NCBI GenBank assembly: GCA_035638775.1 | Contig: DASQZJ010000012.1 | Coordinates: 70,147 to 134,146, forward strand | DNA length: 64,000 bases | Direction of reading: 5' to 3' | From: Gammaproteobacteria bacterium | Lineage (GTDB): Bacteria > Pseudomonadota > Gammaproteobacteria > UBA5335 > SLRW01 | Shown: in pieces, positions 44,175 through 53,028 of the stretch | Layout of the letters: every line of letters starts with the position of its first letter | Position numbering within the stretch: the first letter of the stretch is position 1 | Notes under the pieces: generated by a model | The model's database searches: none | Told to the model about the DNA's origin: nothing | The model's input: the letters and a program-made list of their open reading frames with translations, nothing else | Translations under genes and position numbers: made by a program

Positions 44175-46517
44175 TCAGCGGCCGAAGCGCGCGCGGCAGC
44201 CCGGGTCGGGTCCGATCCGGGCGTTCCAGTAACGATCGCGCCGCCGCCAGCAGACCGGAGAGGACGCCACGCCGTCCCCGCCGATGCGCCACAGCAGCGC
44301 ACCGTCCCGGGCCGTATCGAATGTCGGCACGCCCAGGCCCGCATAGCGCGCGAGCACCTCCCCGGCCGGCAGGTGATAGCGGTTGCCCCAGCCCGCGGAT
44401 ACGGCGGCCGCGACCGGATGCACTGCGCGCAGGAATGCCTGCGTGGACGAGGTCCGGCTGCCGTGATGCGGCACCTGCAGAACGTCGGCCCGCAGTCGCC
44501 CGGCCCCGCGCGAGCCCAGCTCGCGTTCACCGGCGCGCTCGAGATCACCGGTCAGCAGCATGCTCGCGCCCTCGCCGTCGACGCGCAGCACGCAGGAGGC
44601 ATCGTTGCCCCGCAGGCGGTCCCCGGCCGCGGGGTGAAGGATGGCGAACCGGACCCTGTCCCAGCGCCAGTGCTGGCCCGCCAGGCAGGGTCGGGCGCCG
44701 GGCGCGAGGCGCCCGCCTCCACCCATCTCGATGTCGCCCACCGGGAATGTCCTGCGCAGATCACGCAGACCGCCGGCGTGATCCCGGTCCGCGTGGCTGA
44801 CGATGATGCGGTCAATGCGCCGCGCGCCGATGCTGCGCAGATAGGGCACGACCACCGTGGCTCCGGCCGAGCCGCCGCTGGCGAAGCGGGGCCCCGTGTC
44901 ATACACCAGGACGTGGCGCCGCGTGCGCACGACCGCGGCAAGTCCCTGGCCCACGTCGAGCACCGCGACCCGCGCCACGCCCGGTGCCGGCACGAAGACC
45001 CGGGGCCAGCACGCCGCGATCGCAATCACGGCACCGGCCAGCCTCCCGGGCGCCCCGCGCGGAACCAGCAGCAATGCCGCCCCGACTGCCGCCAGACCGG
45101 CCCGGGCAGGCGCCAGCGGCGCCAGGTGCACGCCGGGCCCCGCAAGCTGTCCGAGTCCCTCGAGCAGGGGCCAGCAGGCGGCCAGGATCCCGTGGGCCAG
45201 GTGCAGTGCTCCGTGGGCCGCGATCGGCCAGGCCGCCAGCAGTGCCACGGCCGTCAGCACCAGCGGGACGACCAGCACGCCGAACAGCGGCACCATGAAG
45301 AGATTGGCGATCGGGGCAATCCAGCTGGCGCGGCCGAAGAACAGCAGCGTCAGCGGAAACAGCCCGACCGAGACCAGGAGCTGCACCCGGACCGCGGCGT
45401 GGGCGCGTCCGGGTACCCGCACCCGCGCGACCATGCCGTAAAGGATAAAGGCTACCGCGCCGAACGACAGCCACAGCCCCGGTGCCAGCACCGAGGTCGG
45501 TTCGATCACCAGCACCGCCAGGAAAGCGATCGTCAGCGTACGCAGAGGGTCCGGCCGGCGACGCCACCACACGGCGGCGAGCACGACCGTGAGCATCACC
45601 AGGGCCCGCCGCGTCGGGATCGTGAAGCCGGCCAGCAGCGCGTAGGCAGCGGCCGCCATCCACGCCGCGGGAGCTGCGACCCGCCGCGCCGGCAGCCGGT
45701 CGGTCGCCCGCCGGGACAAGGACCAGGCGGCGCCGGCGAGCAACAGCACCAGCGCCGCGACCAACCCCACGTGCAGGCCCGAGATCGCCACCAGGTGGAC
45801 GGTGCCGGTCCGGGCCAGGAGATCCCAGGTGGCCGGGCCGATTGCGCCCCGATAGCCGGTGGCCAGGGCCCGGATCACTGCGGAAGGACCGTCGCGGGGG
45901 AGCTCGGCGGCAAGGCGCCGGTCGATCCCGGCCCGCAGCCGCAGGACCGGATCCGCGCTGCCGGGAGGAGCCAGCCGTCGCGCGGCACGGACGTTACGAA
46001 CGTAGCCGGTCGCATCGATGCGGTGCAGGAACAGCCACCGCTCGTAGTCGAACCCGCCGGGGTTGATGAAGCCGTGCGGCGCCCACACCCGCACGGGCAT
46101 GCTCCAGAGCTCCCCCGGTGACGGACTGCGCCCCTGTCCGTACCAGCTCAGGCGCAGGCGCTGGCCGGCGGCCGGCCCGCCCTGCCGACAGCCCGACCCG
46201 GCTCGCGACACCCGTATCAGGAAGCGCAGCCGGTGTCCGCGACGGACCGGGACGGACGCCACCCGTCCGGCGACCCGGCAGTCGACCGGGCGGCCCTGCT
46301 GGCCCGGCAGCCGCCGGGCCAGCAGGTGCCCCGCGTACAGGCTCGCCCAGCCGAATCCAGCCAGGGCCGCCGCGACGTACCATGCACGTCGGCGGCGCAG
46401 CAGCGCCAGCAGCCCGGCCGCGAGCAGCATCACGGCCGCCCGGCCGGGCGGGAGAAGCGTGGCCGGAAGCTGCGCCAGCAGTATCCCGGCGGTGTACAAA
46501 AGCACCAGCACCGGCAT
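44175..46517 (-). CDS. comEC: DNA internalization-related competence protein ComEC/Rec2
   Basis: It has a multi-TM competence domain. The C-terminal metallo-beta-lactamase-fold motifs VLDVGQGLAAVV, IIVSHADRDHAGGL and LQVPHHGSRTSS are present. Confidence 0.88.
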   Translation of the reverse strand: MPVLVLLYTAGILLAQLPATLLPPGRAAVMLLAAGLLALLRRRRAWYVAAALAGFGWASLYAGHLLARRLPGQQGRPVDCRVAGRVASVPVRRGHRLRFLIRVSRAGSGCRQGGPAAGQRLRLSWYGQGRSPSPGELWSMPVRVWAPHGFINPGGFDYERWLFLHRIDATGYVRNVRAARRLAPPGSADPVLRLRAGIDRRLAAELPRDGPSAVIRALATGYRGAIGPATWDLLARTGTVHLVAISGLHVGLVAALVLLLAGAAWSLSRRATDRLPARRVAAPAAWMAAAAYALLAGFTIPTRRALVMLTVVLAAVWWRRRPDPLRTLTIAFLAVLVIEPTSVLAPGLWLSFGAVAFILYGMVARVRVPGRAHAAVRVQLLVSVGLFPLTLLFFGRASWIAPIANLFMVPLFGVLVVPLVLTAVALLAAWPIAAHGALHLAHGILAACWPLLEGLGQLAGPGVHLAPLAPARAGLAAVGAALLLVPRGAPGRLAGAVIAIAACWPRVFVPAPGVARVAVLDVGQGLAAVVRTRRHVLVYDTGPRFASGGSAGATVVVPYLRSIGARRIDRIIVSHADRDHAGGLRDLRRTFPVGDIEMGGGGRLAPGARPCLAGQHWRWDRVRFAILHPAAGDRLRGNDASCVLRVDGEGASMLLTGDLERAGERELGSRGAGRLRADVLQVPHHGSRTSSTQAFLRAVHPVAAAVSAGWGNRYHLPAGEVLARYAGLGVPTFDTARDGALLWRIGGDGVASSPVCWRRRDRYWNARIGPDPGCRARFGR

Positions 46518-46570
46518 CGCCGCGTCCCTGCGGTGGTGAGCCGAATCGTCCCTGTTCCCTGCGGCGCGAC

Positions 46571-47260
46571 TCAGGCAGGCTCGAGACGCCCCTCAGACAA
46601 GTGCAGCACACGATCCATGCGGCGCGCCAGCCCGGTGTCGTGCGTGGCCACCAGGAAGCCGGTACCCAGCTTCCGGTTGAGCTCGCGCATCAGGTCATAG
46701 ACCTCGTCCGCGGTGGCCGGATCGAGATTACCGGTAGGCTCGTCGGCCAGCACCAGCCGCGGCCGTGTGACCAGCGCCCGTGCCACAGCGGTGCGCTGGC
46801 GCTCGCCACCGGAGAGCTCGCCGGGCTTGTGCTGAAGCCGTGCGCCGAGCCCCACGCGGGAGAGCATTTCGGCCGCCGCCTCGCGCGCGTTTGCGGGCTT
46901 CTCGCGACGCACCAGAAGCGGCATTGCGACGTTCTCCAGCGCGCTGAACTCGCCCAGCAGGTGATGGAACTGGTAGACGAATCCCAGCGCCCGGTTGCGC
47001 AGCCGTCCGCGCTCGGCATCGCGCAGGCGGTGCATGGGCTGGCCCACGATCTCCACCGACCCGCCCGTAGGCATGTCCAGGCCGCCGAGAAGCTGCAGCA
47101 GCGTACTCTTGCCGGAGCCGGAGCTGCCCACCACCGCCACCTGTTCCCCGGGCCGCAGCTCGAAGTCCACCCCGCGCAGCACCTCCACGTCGAGCGCGCC
47201 CTGGCGGTAGCGCTTGTGCAGCCCGCTGCAGCGGATCAGGGCGGCGCCGCCGTCACTCAT
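46571..47260 (-). CDS. lolD: Lipoprotein-releasing system ATP-binding protein
   Basis: It has Walker [12 protein letters not shown], the signature [15 protein letters not shown] and Walker [13 protein letters not shown]. It overlaps the permease gene by 8 nt. Confidence 0.9.
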   Translation of the reverse strand: MSDGGAALIRCSGLHKRYRQGALDVEVLRGVDFELRPGEQVAVVGSSGSGKSTLLQLLGGLDMPTGGSVEIVGQPMHRLRDAERGRLRNRALGFVYQFHHLLGEFSALENVAMPLLVRREKPANAREAAAEMLSRVGLGARLQHKPGELSGGERQRTAVARALVTRPRLVLADEPTGNLDPATADEVYDLMRELNRKLGTGFLVATHDTGLARRMDRVLHLSEGRLEPA

Positions 47261-48500
47261 AGCGCAGCGCCTCGGCCGGCTCGGTGCGCGCCGCGCGCCA
47301 GGCCGGGTACAGCGTGGACAACAGCGACAGGACCAGCGACAGCGTTCCGATATGCACCACGTCGGACCACTGCAGCTGCGACGGCAGGTTGCTGATGTAG
47401 TAGACGTCCGCCGGGATGAAGTTCACCCCGATCAGGTGCTCCAGCGCGGGGACCACGGTTTCCACGTTGAGCGCCAGCGCCACGCCTCCGATCACGCCCA
47501 GCAGCGTCCCGACGACGCCGATCAGCGCGCCCTGGACGATGAAGATCCCCATGATGCTGCGCGGCGAGGCACCGACCGTGCGCAGGATGGCGATATCCCC
47601 CTGCTTGTCCGTGACCATCATGACCAGGGTCGAGATGATGTTGAACGCGGCCACCCCGACGATCAGCGTCAGGATCACGAACATGGTGGTCTTCTCGGTG
47701 CGAATGGCGCGGAAGAAGTTCCGGTGCTTGCGCGTCCAGTTGCTGACGTAGTACTGCCCGTGCAGCATCTGCTCGATGCGCCGGCTCACCTGCGGCGCCC
47801 GGAACATGTCCTTCAGACGCAACCGGACACCGGTCACGCCGCCGTTCATGTGGTACAGCACCGAGGCGTCGTGCAGGTCGATGAACGCCAGGCTGCTGTC
47901 GTACTGGTACATGCCGACGCTGAAGATCCCCACCACGTGGAAGCGACGCATGCGTGGTATGACGCCGGCCGGCGTGACGGTGGCTTCCGGGATCATCATG
48001 TCCACCGGGTCGCCCATGCCAACCCCCAGCTGCTGTGCCAGCACCCGCCCCAGGACGATGCCGTACCTTCCCGGTTTCAGGGCGCTCAGGGAGCCCTCGA
48101 GCATGTGGCTGGCGACGTCGGAGACGTTCTTCTCCTGCGACGGCAGCACGCCGCGGATCAGGCCGCCGGTCATGTTGGGACCGCTGCGGAACATGGCCTG
48201 CCCGTTGACGTACGGCGCCGCCGCGATCACCTCCGGATCCTTCGTTGTCTCCTTCTCGACCTGCTGCCACTTCGCCATCGAGCCGTTGAAGCTCTGGATG
48301 GTCACATGGGCGGTCATGGCGAGGATCCGGTGGCGAAGTTCATTCTCGAAGCCGTTCATCACCGACAACACGGTGATCAGCGCGGTGACGCCGAGAATGA
48401 TTCCCAGGATGGAGATCAGCGAGATGACAGAAATGAAATGATTGCGCCGCTTGGCGCGCGTATAGCGCAGACCGACGAAGAGCTCATAGGGCCGGAACAT
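47253..48500 (-). CDS. Lipoprotein-releasing system permease (LolC/LolE/LolF family), the single copy at this locus
   Basis: It starts [38 protein letters not shown]. It has a MacB-like periplasmic domain and an FtsX C-terminal bundle. Confidence 0.88.
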   Translation of the reverse strand: MFRPYELFVGLRYTRAKRRNHFISVISLISILGIILGVTALITVLSVMNGFENELRHRILAMTAHVTIQSFNGSMAKWQQVEKETTKDPEVIAAAPYVNGQAMFRSGPNMTGGLIRGVLPSQEKNVSDVASHMLEGSLSALKPGRYGIVLGRVLAQQLGVGMGDPVDMMIPEATVTPAGVIPRMRRFHVVGIFSVGMYQYDSSLAFIDLHDASVLYHMNGGVTGVRLRLKDMFRAPQVSRRIEQMLHGQYYVSNWTRKHRNFFRAIRTEKTTMFVILTLIVGVAAFNIISTLVMMVTDKQGDIAILRTVGASPRSIMGIFIVQGALIGVVGTLLGVIGGVALALNVETVVPALEHLIGVNFIPADVYYISNLPSQLQWSDVVHIGTLSLVLSLLSTLYPAWRAARTEPAEALRYE

Positions 48501-48509
48501 GGGGCGGCA

Positions 48510-49283
48510 TTACACCATACTCGCCGGGCCGGAGGTAGAGTGCCGGCGGGTCGCCGCGCGGCTGCGCTGCAGCGACCCGGTCACGCCTCCGCCACCGCGA
48601 ATGCCCCGGGGCGTGCCCCGCCCACGCCAGGCGAGCACCTCGACCCCGTCCCGGCGGACCCGGGCCAGCGTCCCGGCGTAGTCCGGGTCGATCTCCGCGG
48701 CCGGCGCAACGCACTCGACGTCGCGGCGCTGCACCACGTAGCGCAGCACCGAGCGGTGCCCCTCGGCCGCCAGGCGTGCCAGCTCGCGCAGATGCCGGCA
48801 GGCACGGCTGCTGACCGCGTCCGGGAACGGCGCACGGCCCCCGGATACCGCGGCGGTCACGTTCTTCACCTCGACGAAGCATCGGGCACCGTCCGCCGAC
48901 TGCAACGGGAAATCGATGCGCCCGTTGTCCACCGGCACCTCGCGCCGTATCGCCGGGTACGCGTCCAGCCCGGGAATCCTGCGTCGCTGCAGCGCCTCGT
49001 GCACCGGCGCATTGGCGCGCCCGGTGTTGATTCCCACCAGGGTCTCCCCGTCGCCACCGGATTCGGGCACCGACACCAGCTCCCAGGTACAGGGGCAGCG
49101 CCGCCCGGGCCGCGTTGCCGGGCCCGGCCACACGCGGAAGCCGGGCTCGCAGCACCCCAGCATGCTGCCGGTATTCGGGCAGTGCGCGGTGACGATACCG
49201 CCATCGGCCAGCTGCACCTCCGCCAGGAAGCGCTGTCTGCGCCGACGCAGCACACCGGCCAGCAGTGGCTCGGCAAAATCCAT
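48510..49283 (-). CDS. sfsA: SfsA family DNA-binding / sugar fermentation stimulation protein
   Basis: Start moved to ATG 49283. Motifs GVLRRRRQRFLAEVQLADGGIVTAHCPNTGSM and CFVEVKNVT are present. Confidence 0.85.
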   Translation of the reverse strand: MDFAEPLLAGVLRRRRQRFLAEVQLADGGIVTAHCPNTGSMLGCCEPGFRVWPGPATRPGRRCPCTWELVSVPESGGDGETLVGINTGRANAPVHEALQRRRIPGLDAYPAIRREVPVDNGRIDFPLQSADGARCFVEVKNVTAAVSGGRAPFPDAVSSRACRHLRELARLAAEGHRSVLRYVVQRRDVECVAPAAEIDPDYAGTLARVRRDGVEVLAWRGRGTPRGIRGGGGVTGSLQRSRAATRRHSTSGPASMV

Positions 49284-49377
49284 GATCCCCTCAGACTCCC
49301 TGTCCGGTCCGCGGTTCCCCGGCAACGCGGGCAGTGCTATAGTCCGGGCAGAGTCGGCCCTTACCTGGAGGTGCCTG

Positions 49378-49710
49378 ATGCGAACCGCGGTCTGGGGTAC
49401 CGCCCTTATGCTGTGTCTGGGCCTGTTCCTGGGCTCCGCCGCTGCGGACACCCTGTCGATGCCGAAGGCTTCCAGCACCTCCGCCGGCGCGCCGCCCCAC
49501 GGCGCGTCCCGTCCGGACATGCCGAAACGCGGCCTGACCATGAAGGCGGTACGCAAGCGCTACGGTGCTCCCCAGCGCCGCATTCCCCCGGTGGGCAAGC
49601 CGCCCATCACGCGCTGGGTATATCCCGGCTACATTGTGTACTTCGAGCATCAGTACGTTATCCACAGCGTCGATACCCGGGATCAGCCCCGGCCCCCGTC
49701 CCGCCCCTGA
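49378..49710 (+). CDS. Small secreted hypothetical protein
   Basis: ATG 49378 follows GGAG. It has a signal peptide MRTAVWGTALMLCLGLFLGSAAA and a conserved-looking core GLTMKAVRKRYGAPQRRIPPVGKPPITRWVYPGYIVYFEHQYVIHSV. I cannot name a family. Confidence 0.55.
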   Translation: MRTAVWGTALMLCLGLFLGSAAADTLSMPKASSTSAGAPPHGASRPDMPKRGLTMKAVRKRYGAPQRRIPPVGKPPITRWVYPGYIVYFEHQYVIHSVDTRDQPRPPSRP

Positions 49711-49732
49711 CGCCGACGGCACCCCGTCCGCG

Positions 49733-50833
49733 ATGCCCCCGGCCGCGCCCGTGGTATTCCCGCCCGAGTGGACGCGGCAGGCGGCCGTGATGCTCACCTG
49801 GCCGCACGACGATACCGCATGGGCCCGCTGGATGCACCGCATCGAGCCGGCATTCGACCGCCTCGCCCTGGCGCTGTCGCGCCGGGCCCGGGTGCTGGTC
49901 GTCGCGCACGACGCGGGGCACGCCGGCGCGCTGCGCGAACGCCTGCAGCGTGTCGGCCTGCCGGCCTCCCGGCTGCTGCTGGGCATCGCGCCCAGCGACG
50001 ACGTGTGGGTCCGCGACCACGGCCCGGTCACCGTGATGCGCGATGGCCGTGCGACCCTGCTGGACTTCCGCTTCAACGCCTGGGGCGGCAAGTACCCGTG
50101 GGACCGCGACGCACGCGTGTGCCAGCGGCTGCATCGGCAGGGCTGTTTCGGAGACACTCCGATGGAGCGGATCCCCCTGGTGGTGGAGGGCGGTGCGCTG
50201 GAGAGCGACGGCGCGGGCACCCTGCTGGCCCGGGAAAGCTCGCTGGTCTCGCCGGGCCGCAATCCGGGCCTCGACCGGGCCGCGATGGAACGGCGCCTGG
50301 CCGCCCTGCTCGGCATCCGCCGGTTTCTCTGGCTGCAACACGGGTACCTCGAGGGAGACGACACCGACGGGCACATCGATACCCTGGCACGCTTCGCCGG
50401 TCCCGATACGATCGTCTACCAGGCCGCCGGCGGGACGACCGACCCCGAGTCCCGCGCGCTGCGCGCGATGGCCGCGGAGCTCGCGGCCATGCGAACCGGC
50501 GACGGCCGCCCCTACCGGCTGATCCCGCTGCCCCGCCCGGCGCGCCTGGAGGCCCCGGACGGAGCGGTCCTGCCGGACGGCTACGCCAATTTCCTGATAT
50601 GCAACGGCGCGGTGCTCGTGCCCGCGTACGGCGACGCGGCCGACCGCACGGCGGCTGAGCGCCTGCAGCAGGCCTTTCCGGGCTACCGGATGATCCCGGT
50701 CGATTGCCGCGACCTGGTGCTGGAGCACGGAAGCCTGCATTGTGCCACCATGCAGCTGCCCGCAGGGGTGGATCTGCCGGGTGCCAGTGCAAACCCCGGA
50801 GATGGCGCATCCCGCCGGAGGCAAGAGGATTGA
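49733..50833 (+). CDS. aguA: Agmatine deiminase
   Basis: Start at ATG 49733. Motifs DVWVRDHGP, GDDTDGHID and the catalytic Cys region EHGSLHCATMQ are present. Confidence 0.88.
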   Translation: MPPAAPVVFPPEWTRQAAVMLTWPHDDTAWARWMHRIEPAFDRLALALSRRARVLVVAHDAGHAGALRERLQRVGLPASRLLLGIAPSDDVWVRDHGPVTVMRDGRATLLDFRFNAWGGKYPWDRDARVCQRLHRQGCFGDTPMERIPLVVEGGALESDGAGTLLARESSLVSPGRNPGLDRAAMERRLAALLGIRRFLWLQHGYLEGDDTDGHIDTLARFAGPDTIVYQAAGGTTDPESRALRAMAAELAAMRTGDGRPYRLIPLPRPARLEAPDGAVLPDGYANFLICNGAVLVPAYGDAADRTAAERLQQAFPGYRMIPVDCRDLVLEHGSLHCATMQLPAGVDLPGASANPGDGASRRRQED

Positions 50834-50835
50834 GC

Positions 50836-51753
50836 GTGAGCGAACCCCTTGAAACCCGCACCGATGCCCACCTGCGCGTCGCCCTGGTCCAGCGGAGCTG
50901 CGACGACGACCCGGCGCGGAATCTCGACGGGCAGCTGGGCGCGATCGGCGAAGCCGCCAGCGGCGGCGCCGCGCTGGTGCTGCTGCAGGAGCTGCACAAC
51001 ACGGTCTATTTCTGCCAGACGGAGGACCCGGCGCGGTTCGACCTGGCCGAGCCGGTCCCGGGGCCCACCACCGAGGTCCTGGGACGGCTGGCCGCCGAGC
51101 TGGGCATCGTCATCGTCGGTTCGGTGTTCGAGCGGCGCGCCGCCGGCCTGTACCACAATACCGCGGTGGTGCTGGACCGCGACGGAAGCCTGGCGGGGCG
51201 CTACCGCAAGATGCACATACCCGACGACCCCGGCTACTACGAGAAGTTCTACTTCACCCCGGGGGACGGGGACTGGCGCCCGGTGGACACCGGCGTCGGG
51301 CGCCTCGGGGTGCTGGTGTGCTGGGACCAGTGGTACCCCGAGGCGGCACGACTGATGGCCCTTGCCGGTGCCGAGATACTGCTCTATCCATCCGCGATCG
51401 GCTGGGATGTGCGGGACGGCGAGGCCGAACGGGAGCGCCAGCGCGATGCGTGGATCGTCGCGCAGCGGGCGCACGCCGTGTGCAACGGACTGCCGCTGCT
51501 GGCCTGCAATCGTGTCGGGGACGAGGCCGATCCGTCGGGCGCGGGACCCGGCATCCGCTTCTGGGGCAGCAGCTTCGCCTGCGGTCCCCAGGGTGAGCTG
51601 CTTGCCCGGGCGGCCGGCGATCGCAACCAGGTCCTGCTGGCGGACATCGACCGCGGCCGCAGCGAGCATGTCCGGCGGCTGTGGCCCTTTCTGCGCGACC
51701 GGCGCATCGACAGCTACGGCGACCTGCTGCGACGCTTCCGCGACCGGGACTGA
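50836..51753 (+). CDS. aguB: N-carbamoylputrescine amidase
   Basis: It has the nitrilase-superfamily triad contexts LLQELHN (Glu), YRKMHIPD (Lys) and VLVCWDQWYPE (Cys). GTG 50836 lies 2 nt after the aguA stop, and TTG 50830 is also possible. Confidence 0.85.
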   Translation: MSEPLETRTDAHLRVALVQRSCDDDPARNLDGQLGAIGEAASGGAALVLLQELHNTVYFCQTEDPARFDLAEPVPGPTTEVLGRLAAELGIVIVGSVFERRAAGLYHNTAVVLDRDGSLAGRYRKMHIPDDPGYYEKFYFTPGDGDWRPVDTGVGRLGVLVCWDQWYPEAARLMALAGAEILLYPSAIGWDVRDGEAERERQRDAWIVAQRAHAVCNGLPLLACNRVGDEADPSGAGPGIRFWGSSFACGPQGELLARAAGDRNQVLLADIDRGRSEHVRRLWPFLRDRRIDSYGDLLRRFRDRD

Positions 51754-51846
51754 CCCGGCCGGGGGCAATGGCGGTTCGGCCCGCCCCTGTGGCATAATCG
51801 CGGGCTCCCTGTTACGGCATGCCCCTTTGCTGGAATCCGTCTCGAC

Positions 51847-52974
51847 ATGATCCTCATCCTGGAGCCGGACACCGATCCCCGCGGCGACGACTACGCGCGC
51901 CTGATGGCGAAGCTGGAAGCCCTGCCCGGCGTACGCGTGCGGGTGCACCGTGAGACCGGCGAGCAGCAGGTGCTGACCGAGGTCTACCTGGTCGGCGACA
52001 CCTCCGTGCTCAGCGTGGACGAGATGTCCGCCCTGCCCTGCGTGGACCGCGTAATCCGGGTCTCCGAGCCCTACCGGATCCTGGGAAGGCACAAGGACCG
52101 CACGCGCAGCACCGAGTTCGACTACAACGGGGTCCGGTTCGGCCAGGACAACCTCCACGTGTTCGCCGGGCTCTGCGCGGTCGATACCCGCGAGCACGTC
52201 GAGCTGACGTTCCGGGCGTTGCGCGACAACGCCCAGGTCTGCGCGCGCATGGGCGCGTACAAGCCCCGCACCAGTCCCTACTCGTTCCAGGGGCACGGAC
52301 GTGAGTGCCTGCCCTGGGTGTTCGAGCTGGCGGGAAAATACGACATGCGCGTGATCGCAATGGAGGTCACCCACGAATCCCACGTCGGCGAGATCGTCGA
52401 AGCCCTCGAGGCGGCGGGAAACCCGGTGGGCGTGATGCTGCAGATCGGTACGCGCAACACCCAGAACTTCGAGCTGCTCAAGGCGGTCGGGCGGCAGACA
52501 CGCTTCCCGGTCCTGTTCAAGCGCGGCTTCGGCATCACCCTGGACGAATCCCTGAACGCGGCCGAGTACCTCGCCTCGGAAGGCAACCGCCGGGTGATCT
52601 TCGGTCTGCGCGGCATGAAGACCAACATGGGCGACCCCCACCGCAACCTGGTGGACTTCGCGCATATCCCCGTGGTCAAGCGTCTCACCCGCATGCCCGT
52701 ATGCATCGACCCTTCGCACTCGGTGGGCAGCCGGGCGCTGGCGCCGGACGGAATCCCCGATCTGGTGCACGCCGCCGCTCAGGGGGTGGTGGCCGGTGCC
52801 AACATGGTGCTGGCGGATTTCCATCCGGCACCGAAGAAGGCGCTGGTCGACGGGGCCCAGGCACTGCGCCTGGAGGAGCTCCCGTACTTCCTCGAGGACA
52901 TTGCCATTGCCCGTCATGCCTACGAGCGGCGGGCCGAGCTGGCCCGGCGCTACGCCGGAACCATTTCAGCGTAA
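51847..52974 (+). CDS. 3-deoxy-7-phosphoheptulonate (DAHP) synthase, class I-beta, with an N-terminal ferredoxin-like regulatory domain
   Basis: The core motifs KPRTSPYSFQG, QIGTRNTQNF and CIDPSHS are present. A roughly 80-aa N-terminal extension MILILEPDTD...VIRVSEPYRILG precedes the barrel. Confidence 0.85.
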   Translation: MILILEPDTDPRGDDYARLMAKLEALPGVRVRVHRETGEQQVLTEVYLVGDTSVLSVDEMSALPCVDRVIRVSEPYRILGRHKDRTRSTEFDYNGVRFGQDNLHVFAGLCAVDTREHVELTFRALRDNAQVCARMGAYKPRTSPYSFQGHGRECLPWVFELAGKYDMRVIAMEVTHESHVGEIVEALEAAGNPVGVMLQIGTRNTQNFELLKAVGRQTRFPVLFKRGFGITLDESLNAAEYLASEGNRRVIFGLRGMKTNMGDPHRNLVDFAHIPVVKRLTRMPVCIDPSHSVGSRALAPDGIPDLVHAAAQGVVAGANMVLADFHPAPKKALVDGAQALRLEELPYFLEDIAIARHAYERRAELARRYAGTISA

Positions 52975-53028
52975 CCCCGGCCGGAGCGGCGGCGGCCGTT
53001 CCGGCGTCCGAACGTTCGCGGACCACAC

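Noticed and set aside
51768-51797. A mini-ORF (MAVRPAPVA) upstream of the DAHP synthase gene, considered as a possible attenuation leader peptide.
   Set aside because: It contains no Phe, Tyr or Trp codons. No alternative terminator/antiterminator hairpins are evident.
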